Shown here: piece after piece, positions 8,050-16,038 of the stretch | Layout: the number at the start of each line of letters is the position of its first letter | Position numbering within the stretch: position 1 is the stretch's first letter | DNA from: an uncultured delta proteobacterium | GTDB taxonomy: Bacteria; Myxococcota_A; Polyangia; Fen-1088 | Length of the DNA: 64,000 nt | Assembly: GCA_963755125.1 (NCBI GenBank) | Contig: CAVWIP010000005.1 | Coordinates: forward strand, 1 to 64,000 | Direction: 5' to 3' | Program-made: the position numbers and the translations under genes | The notes under the pieces: model-generated | What the model was told of the DNA's origin: nothing | Seen by the model: only the letters and a program-made list of their open reading frames with translations | Databases searched by the model: none

Positions 8050-11000
8050 TCACGTGGCAATGCGGTAACGACGCAGTTTCTTCTGCAGGCCGTACCGCGA
8101 GAGTCCAAGGGACTTGGCTGCCTTGGTCTGATTCCCGTCGCATTTTGTCATCGTCTCCCGAATCAGATTCCGTTCCAATCGTTCCACGCGAGGCCGCAGG
8201 CGCATTCCGTCTCGCTCGTCGGCAAACGTGGCAGATGCGTCGGAACCAGCGCGCACCTGGGGCGACAGGTCGGCGACCGTCACGACTGGGCCAGAAAAAG
8301 CCGCCGCGCGCGTGATTTCATTCTCCAACTCGCGCACGTTGCCAGGCCAGCGATAGCAACAGAGTTTCGCCAACGCAGACGCGTCGACTGATTTGGCCGC
8401 GGTGCCGGACGCCGCAGCCGCTTTCTGCATGAAGTGCTGCACCAGCAGGGGGATGTCTTCACTTCTGTCCCGCAGCGGAGGTAACACCAGGCGCACGACA
8501 GAGACCCGGAAGAACAGATCCTGCCGAAACTTGCCCTGCTCCACCAATCGTTCGAGGTCTTTGTTGGTTGCCACCAGAACACGGACGTCAACTTTCTGCG
8601 GGCGCTCGCTTCCCACGCGGTGGAACTCACCGTCCTGGAGCACGCGCAGGAGTTTGCCCTGCATGGCCGGGGACATATCCGCCACCTCGTCGAGGAACAG
8701 GGTTCCACCATCGGCCACGGCGAACAACCCTCGCGCCTCTCGATCGGCACCGGTGTAGGCGCCCTTCACATGGCCGAAGAGGGCAGATTCGAGCAGGGTT
8801 TCGGGAATCGCCGCGCAGTTCTCCGAGACGAAGGGTCGGTCCCGTCGAGGGCCGTTGAAGTGGATGGCACGAGCGACCAGTTCCTTGCCTGTTCCACTCT
8901 CACCCTCGATGACCACGGGCAAAGCCGTATCGGTCACCCGGTCGAGCAGGTGAAACAGGTCCAGCATGCGCGGGGTTTGCCCCACGAGTTGTCGATAGTC
9001 ATAGCGTAGAGCGGCGACCTGACGACTCTCTTTCAACTCCTCGCGAACGCCCTGCAGAGCTTGCTCCTGGACGCGCAGTTCGTGCTCCAACCGCCGGTTG
9101 AGAGCCTGGACTTGGTTCTCCCGACGGCGAAGCTCCGACACCAAGCGTGCATTCTCTATGGCGATTGCGCCCTGCTCGGCAAAATCCATGACCATGGCCT
9201 GCGCCTGGTCATCGAACACGCCCTTGCGTAGACGATGATCCACGTAGATCGTCCCGACCACGTTTCCCTTGACTGACAACGGGACGGCGAGCACCGAGCG
9301 AAGGTGCAGATCGCTTACCGAGGCCGCCTCTCGGAAGCGTCGATCTCCCGCGGCGTCCACCGTGACCACAGGTTGCCCGGTTTCGGCGGCCTGCTTGGCG
9401 ATAGATCGCGACAGGACAAAGTCGGGCGCGTCCAGGGTGGTCTGGTCGATGTTGCGCGCCACCTTCACCACCAACTCACCCGATCCATCTTTGAGCAGGA
9501 GAAACCCACGTTCTGCGTCCGTCATCTCGATCGCGGTGTCGATGACGGTTTCCAGCACTCGCGCCAGGCGCAAATCGCTGTTGAGGCGCTTGTTGATGCG
9601 CTGGAGTCGGCGCAGCCGTTCCTCGGCCCTCGCCGCTCGTTCGACCAGGAGTGCTGTCGTGGTTCGCGCATCGCTCGCGACAAGATTGACCGACGGCGCT
9701 TCGGGATCCTGGTCGATGCCAGAGCGATACTGCGTGGGCGTGTTCATCTTGATCTCCTCGAAGACGTGCGCGGCGCGGGTCTGTTCGTGCAAAGCGCGGG
9801 GATCGCCAATCCGGCCGAGAAGCCGCGACGCCAGCCAAGCTGCCCGCCAGGCGGTGGGCTTGCGTCCTTGCGCCAAGGCGGCGTCCGCCAGCGCCGATAT
9901 ATGGCGGCCGAGTGTCGCATCGCTCTCGGCGTTGTCCCTTGGCAGGGCCAGGACGATGCGCGCCCGCGCCAGAGCGAGCATTTCATCGTCTGAGGACGCG
10001 GTGCCGCCGGACGAGACGACCGGGCTCGCCTTGCTCGAACGGATCCGGTCCCATGCGATGAGAGCTTCCGCAGGCTGTCCCGCCTCTGCCAGTGTCTCGG
10101 CCCGGGCGAGTGCGCTGGTCTCGGCCATGGGTTGATTTCCCGCGCGCGCAAATGCTTCCTCGGCGGCAAGGTAGAGAGGCAGCGCGGTGCGAGGCATCCC
10201 CTGGCGGCGCGCGATGTCGGCATCGAGCGATGAGGCGTAGGCGAGAAAAGCTTCTGCCTTGGCCGCGCCTGCCTCGTCGCGGAGACGACGGGCCGTCCGG
10301 CCTGCAGCCTCCAGGTCTCCGAGTTGGAGGAAGAGCAATCCGGTATTGAAGAGCGCCAGCGCGACATCGGTCGCGATGCCCAAGCGGCCGAGATCACGAA
10401 GCGCGCGTCGGAAGGCATCAAGGGCCTCGCCGAACTGGCCCGTGTCAGCCAGAACACAGCCAAGGTTGAAGACCGCAGCCGCCTGGCCGTGAATGTCGTG
10501 AAGCTCATCGCATCTGCGCGCAGCCTCCCGATAGGCTTGCGCGGCAGGCACGGGTTGGCCAGTCAGTTGCCAATAGAGCCCACGCAGGGCTGGCAGGCGA
10601 GCTGCAAGCGTCCTGTCAGCGGAAGATTCGGCCGTCTTCTCCAGCGCCGTCACCAGGGAACCAGCCTCGGAGAGCCGCCCAGCATAGGTCAGGGCCAGGG
10701 CAGCCGCCTCCCGCGCGAAGACTCCCGCGTCGGAAGTGTCGGCCAGCGCCGGCTCAGCCGCCCGTAGGGCCTCCGAGTAGAGACCGCAGGACACCAGAAG
10801 ACGGGCCAGCCGCGCACGCAGGCGCAGAACCTGGGAAGCCCGTAGCTCTCCCGGCAGCCCGAACTCATTCAGCGCAGTCTCGAGCACGCGCCGGGCGGCG
10901 ACCGGATCTCCGCGCCGGCCCAGCAGCCAAGCGCGACGTTCTGCCAGTTCGACCTTGAGCTGCACCACCCCGTCCCGCGCCGACGCGTCCAGAACGGCGA

Positions 11001-13134
11001 GTGCGTCGTCATACTGGCCCACCAGCCCCAAAGCTGTCGCCCAGTCGATGTGTTCAGCCGGCGTGCCGGCCTCAGGGTCGACCGCATGCGCGCGCATCGC
11101 GAATCGCGCCACCTCAGCGAAGCGCCCGGACTCGCCCGCGGCCCGCGCTGCGGCCCGAAAGCATGCGGTGGCTTGTTCCGGCTCTCCCAGCATCAGGTGC
11201 GCCTCGGCACGCCGAGGGTCTGACTCGGCCAAAGAATCGATAGCCCGGCGCACGAGGGGATGCAGGGTCTTGTCGCGCTTGACCGCGCGAAAAGCTGCGG
11301 CCACATGAGATTCCGTGGGAAGCCTCGATTCCGAGCCATCCAGCCAGCCCGCGATGCGGGCCTCCACTGTCGCGGCGGCAGCGTCTAGCTGGCCCCTCTC
11401 GACCAAATCGGCGGCTGACTTCGGCGATCGCGCAAACACCAGAGCGGTCAACCAACCGCGGGCATTGCGGCTCAGGCCAGCCAGGTTCGCATCAAGCAGG
11501 CGGCCGAAGTCGGCATCATTGTCGTCGACCCGGAATGCCTCGGGTCGTCCTTCGCGGACCTGTTGCACCCAGCGGCGCACGAGCAATGCGGCCGAAGCCG
11601 CGAGCCCGCCGGAGGCCCGCACGATTTGCTCGACCGCTTGCGATGCCGGCTCGGTGCCTGCCGCGTGACCGGCGAGCGTGCGAATGCTCTCGGCCCCCAG
11701 CGGACCGAGCTGCAGATTGACGGCTCCAGCGCTGCGCAGGGCACGTTCGGTGGGCACGATGACGAGCAGGCGGCCGCCGGGCGATCCTCTTGCGACCGCT
11801 TCTGCGACCAGTTCCTCTTCACGGCCGAGCCCAAGCACCAGGCAGAGAGGTCTTTCTCTCGCGCGCCCTTCAAGCGTATCGACCAGCGCGACCGTACGAG
11901 CTTGCAGCGAGTGAGAAGGCTCGTCCCAAGATGGCGCTGGCTCTGCAGGACGGGCGGGCAGGTCAGCTTGCAGCGCTGCCAGCCCGCGCTCGTCAACCGT
12001 GAAGGCCGGCAAGGTCTGGGAAAGAAGGGCCAGGCGCACGTCGCGCAGAACCCGCCGAATCAAGGTGCGACGGCCCGACCCAGATGGACCGGAAACGGTC
12101 ACCACGGCGGTCGGGGTATTCCCTTCCGCGAGCCGCTCCACCAGCGCCCACAGCGCCTGTTCTTCGTTGGCGCGGCCGACCATCAAACCGGCCAAAGGAT
12201 CACCGGCGGGATGTGGCACGGACAACTCCAGGTCAACCGGAGTCACATTGTCCGGGAGAATCCGACGGATCTCCCGCAGCAGACCGCGCGCGCTCGCTGG
12301 CCGTTCTTCGGTCGCCACGGCCATCAAGCGGCCGAGCAGAGCGTCCCATTCTCCCGGCAGTCCCGGACAGAGCGAGGATGCTGCCGGCGGCTGGCCTTCC
12401 ATGAGGCGGCGAACAGCTTCCATTCCCACACCGAATGGCGGCACGCCTGTCCACGCGGCGTACAAGGTTGCTCCCAGGCTGAAGAGGTCAGCGGCCGGTC
12501 CACGCTCGCCAACCAGAGCCTCGGGCGCGATGAAGCCCAAGGTTCCCGACGCACCCGCCGCCACGGTCCCCGAGCTGTCGGGAGTTCCTGGGAGGGGCAC
12601 TAGGCGTTCGGACAGCCCGAAATCGATAAGCACCGGACGGCCTTCACGGTCACAGCGCACATTGCCTGGGCTGATGTCGCCGTGGACAAGGCCACGGCCG
12701 TGGAGGTAAGCCACGGCGTCAGCCAGATCCTCCGCCGCGGCGGCAAAGCGACGGAAGCGGTCTTCCCCATGCGCGGCGGCCAAATGCGCAGACAGATCGG
12801 GCCCGGATAGGTGGTCGGTCACCAGAAAGAGTCGGCCAGCCAACGCCCCTTCGGCAATACGTCCCGCGTCCCGGACCCTGACGATGCTACGGTGGCCGAG
12901 ATCGCTCAGGCGGCCGAACTCGTCGAGCAGGCGCGCGATGGCTGCTGGCTCCAACCCCGCCGGAAAGAGCTTCACGGCGCAGGCAGTGTGGTCGGCTAGA
13001 TCCTCGGCGGCGAACACCTCGCTGCTGGCTCCCAGCCCGAGTCGCTTCCCGAGTCGATAACGATCCACGACAAGGGGCCATGGGCGATCACCAGCCCCAT
13101 TCGAAGTGCCAACTTCATTGACCGCTACCACCAA
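8050..13134 (-). CDS. Ser/Thr kinase - degenerate P-loop NTPase - TPR - GAF - sigma54-dependent enhancer-binding protein (Fis HTH) fusion
   Basis: Kinase motifs AVK, HGDISPGN, DFG, APE; then GPSGSGRRT; TPR-like helices; a GAF-like region (RGFLLL..SVLAVPL..GTIYVD); GESGTGKE, GAYTGA, LFLDEV, WPGNVRELEN; and a C-terminal NQTKAAKSLGLSR HTH. Confidence 0.92.
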   Translation of the reverse strand: MVVAVNEVGTSNGAGDRPWPLVVDRYRLGKRLGLGASSEVFAAEDLADHTACAVKLFPAGLEPAAIARLLDEFGRLSDLGHRSIVRVRDAGRIAEGALAGRLFLVTDHLSGPDLSAHLAAAHGEDRFRRFAAAAEDLADAVAYLHGRGLVHGDISPGNVRCDREGRPVLIDFGLSERLVPLPGTPDSSGTVAAGASGTLGFIAPEALVGERGPAADLFSLGATLYAAWTGVPPFGVGMEAVRRLMEGQPPAASSLCPGLPGEWDALLGRLMAVATEERPASARGLLREIRRILPDNVTPVDLELSVPHPAGDPLAGLMVGRANEEQALWALVERLAEGNTPTAVVTVSGPSGSGRRTLIRRVLRDVRLALLSQTLPAFTVDERGLAALQADLPARPAEPAPSWDEPSHSLQARTVALVDTLEGRARERPLCLVLGLGREEELVAEAVARGSPGGRLLVIVPTERALRSAGAVNLQLGPLGAESIRTLAGHAAGTEPASQAVEQIVRASGGLAASAALLVRRWVQQVREGRPEAFRVDDNDADFGRLLDANLAGLSRNARGWLTALVFARSPKSAADLVERGQLDAAAATVEARIAGWLDGSESRLPTESHVAAAFRAVKRDKTLHPLVRRAIDSLAESDPRRAEAHLMLGEPEQATACFRAAARAAGESGRFAEVARFAMRAHAVDPEAGTPAEHIDWATALGLVGQYDDALAVLDASARDGVVQLKVELAERRAWLLGRRGDPVAARRVLETALNEFGLPGELRASQVLRLRARLARLLVSCGLYSEALRAAEPALADTSDAGVFAREAAALALTYAGRLSEAGSLVTALEKTAESSADRTLAARLPALRGLYWQLTGQPVPAAQAYREAARRCDELHDIHGQAAAVFNLGCVLADTGQFGEALDAFRRALRDLGRLGIATDVALALFNTGLLFLQLGDLEAAGRTARRLRDEAGAAKAEAFLAYASSLDADIARRQGMPRTALPLYLAAEEAFARAGNQPMAETSALARAETLAEAGQPAEALIAWDRIRSSKASPVVSSGGTASSDDEMLALARARIVLALPRDNAESDATLGRHISALADAALAQGRKPTAWRAAWLASRLLGRIGDPRALHEQTRAAHVFEEIKMNTPTQYRSGIDQDPEAPSVNLVASDARTTTALLVERAARAEERLRRLQRINKRLNSDLRLARVLETVIDTAIEMTDAERGFLLLKDGSGELVVKVARNIDQTTLDAPDFVLSRSIAKQAAETGQPVVTVDAAGDRRFREAASVSDLHLRSVLAVPLSVKGNVVGTIYVDHRLRKGVFDDQAQAMVMDFAEQGAIAIENARLVSELRRRENQVQALNRRLEHELRVQEQALQGVREELKESRQVAALRYDYRQLVGQTPRMLDLFHLLDRVTDTALPVVIEGESGTGKELVARAIHFNGPRRDRPFVSENCAAIPETLLESALFGHVKGAYTGADREARGLFAVADGGTLFLDEVADMSPAMQGKLLRVLQDGEFHRVGSERPQKVDVRVLVATNKDLERLVEQGKFRQDLFFRVSVVRLVLPPLRDRSEDIPLLVQHFMQKAAAASGTAAKSVDASALAKLCCYRWPGNVRELENEITRAAAFSGPVVTVADLSPQVRAGSDASATFADERDGMRLRPRVERLERNLIRETMTKCDGNQTKAAKSLGLSRYGLQKKLRRYRIAT

Positions 13135-13139
13135 GGCTC

Positions 13140-13167
13140 ATTATACGATTTTAAAAGACTTTTGGAA
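13140..13167 (-). promoter_or_regulatory. Candidate sigma70 promoter of the kinase-EBP gene
   Basis: Minus strand TTCCAA-16nt-TATAAT in an AT-rich gap, 5-8 nt before the TTG/GTG starts. Confidence 0.5.
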
Positions 13168-13221
13168 GACGGCCTATCTTGTTGTCAGATTCACTGCTGC
13201 AAATACAGCGCTATAAGTCAT

Positions 13222-14151
13222 TCAAGGAGTTTGCGATCTGGCGGGGCTCCTGCCCTTCAATCTCAGAAGCGCCGCTGTCGCCATGTTCCTGATCTCCTCG
13301 TCTTCATGTGCATCGGCTACGAAGCTCAGGTAGTCGGTGGCTTCTTGTCCCCCAAGTGCGGCAAGTGCGTCTACGATCTTGCGCATCTCCCGGCGGTCCT
13401 TCATCGACTTGGTCTTGGTAAGCGCTGGGACGGCTCGCGCATCGCGCATCTCGACCAGCGCGCCAAGCGCGGCGTCTCGAATGTCTTCCTCATCGTCAGA
13501 CAAGAGCGAGACCAGCGAGGGCACCTCGTCGCGTAGTCCGTGGGCTGCGACCACCCGAATGGCTTCAAGGCGCATCTCGCCCGGAGCGAGTAGTGCCGCG
13601 TGGACGGCCTGATGGTCGGCAGACCAAAGCTTCTGGCGCGCAATGTAAGCGGCCAGCAGGTCGCCTACCGCGCGTTCCGCCAGTCGCTGGAACACTGCCT
13701 TCTTGTCGGGATGGGTGTCCGGGTCGTAGAGCATCTCGGCATTCGCCCGAACGTCTTCGGCAAAGTGAGAAGCAACCGCGCCAGCAGGTCGAGTGGAGAC
13801 GTTCAGGCGCACGTCGGCGCGCACGGCGGTCCTGCTGTCGGCCCGCACGAGTTCCATCGATAGGGTGATCCGGGGCCTTGCCACCGCCGCGTCGCGGTCG
13901 GTGCTCTCCACGGCTTGGCCGGCGAAGATCCCAGCCTGCAAAAGCTGCAATCGCACCTTCTGCGCCAGCGTCTCACGGTCGACGAGAGAAGACTCGTCAC
14001 TTGCCCCCGCCGCCGTCGCGATGGCAACTGGCCCCAGCCACAAGGGCTGTTGCTTCGCTGCGCTCGGCCGCCTACAGGTGACGGCTCCCGCAAGCAGCAT
14101 CGCCGAGATGGCGCACGGGATCCACCCGACCCGCCACCACGAAAAGCTCAT
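13222..14151 (-). CDS. HEAT-repeat-containing putative lipoprotein
   Basis: LLAGAVTC lipobox-like signal; C-terminal HEAT/PBS repeats (LVSLLSDDEEDIRDAALGALVEMRDARAVPAL). Confidence 0.75.
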   Translation of the reverse strand: MSFSWWRVGWIPCAISAMLLAGAVTCRRPSAAKQQPLWLGPVAIATAAGASDESSLVDRETLAQKVRLQLLQAGIFAGQAVESTDRDAAVARPRITLSMELVRADSRTAVRADVRLNVSTRPAGAVASHFAEDVRANAEMLYDPDTHPDKKAVFQRLAERAVGDLLAAYIARQKLWSADHQAVHAALLAPGEMRLEAIRVVAAHGLRDEVPSLVSLLSDDEEDIRDAALGALVEMRDARAVPALTKTKSMKDRREMRKIVDALAALGGQEATDYLSFVADAHEDEEIRNMATAALLRLKGRSPARSQTP

Positions 14152-14162
14152 GCGCGCTGGCC

Positions 14163-15314
14163 TCAGGCGGATCGAGCACCGCCCCGACGAACTCCCGCGG
14201 GGGCAATACCCCTTCCGGCAGGCAGGGATTCCCCTTCTCCCGCTAGAGCAGTCTCGCCGGGTGCCTCGGCCAATGGGATCGGGTTCTCGTCCACGCGCCG
14301 GGAGAGAGCCAGGGACACCAGTCGCAAAATCACGTCCTTATATGAGAGCCCGCCCGTCTTCGCCGCACGGGAGAATCCCCCTGCCAAGTCGGAAAGATCA
14401 CAATTGGGGTTCACGTCGATGATGTAGGGCGTGCCATCGGCGGAAAGCCGGATGTCCATGCGACCGTAGTCCCGCAGACCTATGGAGCGAAAGGCATCGA
14501 GGGCCGTCTGCGCCACCTTGTCGCGCAGTTCGGGCGACAGGCCTTCGCAGCGAACCGGCCGAGTGCCCTTGTACTCAACCGAATCCTCCACCCACTTGCC
14601 TTCGAACGACACGATCTTGGGCCGGTCCGGCGGCATGGCGGAGAAGTCTATCTCGAAGAACGGGAAAATCTGGAGTTCGCCGTCCACCTGCCCCAGCAGG
14701 GACACGTAGATCTCGCGTCCTTCGATGTACTCTTCGACCAGCGCGGGCTGGTGATACTGGTCGAGGATGTGCAGCACGCGCGTGTTGAGCGCCTTCTCAT
14801 CGGTGACCACCGATGCACGGGTGATGCCTACCGAGGCGTCCTCGCGCGCCGGCTTGACGATGACGGGGAAGCGCAAGCGCAAGGCCGCCAGGTCGCTTTC
14901 CAGCGAAACCAGGGAACCCTGCGGGACCGGGACGCCACAGGCGCGTAGGATCTCTTTCACTTTCTCCTTGCGCAGCGCCAGGGACAGAGCAAAAGGCTCG
15001 GAGCCCGTGTAGGGGATCCGCTCCAGCTCCATGAGCAGAGGCAGCAGGCTCTCGAAACGGTTGTCGCCGTGGATCGACTCGCAAAGATTGAACACCGCAG
15101 CCGGCTTGAGCGCACGCAACTCGCCCAGTGCGCCCGCCACGTCGCTGGTCACACCCACACCGGACGCCTCATAGCCATTCGCGCTCAGGATGCGAACGAC
15201 GTGGTCCGCTATCTCCTTCACATCCTCGCGCGCTTTGTTCTCGGGATCCGCTTCGGCTCCCTCGAAGTCGCGATTGAAGATGACTGCGATCCGCAGCCTG
15301 GTCCGTGCCTTCAC
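14163..15314 (-). CDS. D-Ala-D-Ala ligase-family ATP-grasp protein (non-canonical subfamily)
   Basis: VFNLCE, IPYTGS, IVKPAREDASVGI, LVEEYIEGRE, YGRMDIRL and DVNPNCDL. ATP-binding residues are retained. Confidence 0.85.
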   Translation of the reverse strand: MKARTRLRIAVIFNRDFEGAEADPENKAREDVKEIADHVVRILSANGYEASGVGVTSDVAGALGELRALKPAAVFNLCESIHGDNRFESLLPLLMELERIPYTGSEPFALSLALRKEKVKEILRACGVPVPQGSLVSLESDLAALRLRFPVIVKPAREDASVGITRASVVTDEKALNTRVLHILDQYHQPALVEEYIEGREIYVSLLGQVDGELQIFPFFEIDFSAMPPDRPKIVSFEGKWVEDSVEYKGTRPVRCEGLSPELRDKVAQTALDAFRSIGLRDYGRMDIRLSADGTPYIIDVNPNCDLSDLAGGFSRAAKTGGLSYKDVILRLVSLALSRRVDENPIPLAEAPGETALAGEGESLPAGRGIAPAGVRRGGARSA

Positions 15315-16033
15315 GATGCTTCCCTGATTCTAGTGAGTGGCGCCGTCCAATTGCAACTGGGAACACGCACCTCTAGTAGTTGTACACCAAAGTTCTTCTC
15401 AAACAAGCCGGTCAGCGATCGCGCGACCACCGCGCATGGGGGCGCGCTTCCCAGCTGTCGAGCCAACGACGTCACACCCGCGGTTTGCAGACCGCAGGGG
15501 ATGATGGTCGAGAACCCATCGAGGTCAGTGGCGAGGTTGAGAGCGAACCCATGCGTGGCAATGCCATGTCGCACGTGCACCCCGAAAGCACAGATCTTGT
15601 CGCGTCCAAGCCACACCCCGGGCGTCGATGCCCGCCACTCGGCCGCAAGTCCGAGACCGGCCAGCCACTCGACGATACTCGTCGCCATGGCCTGCACGTG
15701 CGCGCGCACGCCTCGGCGCAGCCGAAGGATGGGATAGCCGACGAGCTGGCCCGGCCCATGGAAGGTCACGTCACCTCCACGAGAGGTCCGGCAAACGTCG
15801 ATGTCACGGGCTTGCAGAACAGAAAGGGGAAGCAAAACATGGGCCGGGTCAGCGTGGCGGCCCAAGGTGATCACGGCGGGATGTTCGAGCAGCAGGAGTG
15901 TCTCCCGCCTGCGGCCGGCCAGGATTTCGCTCCTAATCTGCTCTTGCAATTCAGACGCCCGCCGGTAGGGAACCAGACCCAACCACGTCCATTCGACCAC
16001 GGCATCCGCCTCGGGATGGCAGCCGATGGCCAT
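15311..16033 (-). CDS. lipB: Lipoyl(octanoyl) transferase LipB
   Basis: LLEHPAVITLG, RGGDVTFHGPGQLVGYP, KICAFG, HGFALN and IIPCG motifs. Start taken at ATG 16033. Confidence 0.93.
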   Translation of the reverse strand: MAIGCHPEADAVVEWTWLGLVPYRRASELQEQIRSEILAGRRRETLLLLEHPAVITLGRHADPAHVLLPLSVLQARDIDVCRTSRGGDVTFHGPGQLVGYPILRLRRGVRAHVQAMATSIVEWLAGLGLAAEWRASTPGVWLGRDKICAFGVHVRHGIATHGFALNLATDLDGFSTIIPCGLQTAGVTSLARQLGSAPPCAVVARSLTGLFEKNFGVQLLEVRVPSCNWTAPLTRIREAS

Positions 16034-16038
16034 CCCGA

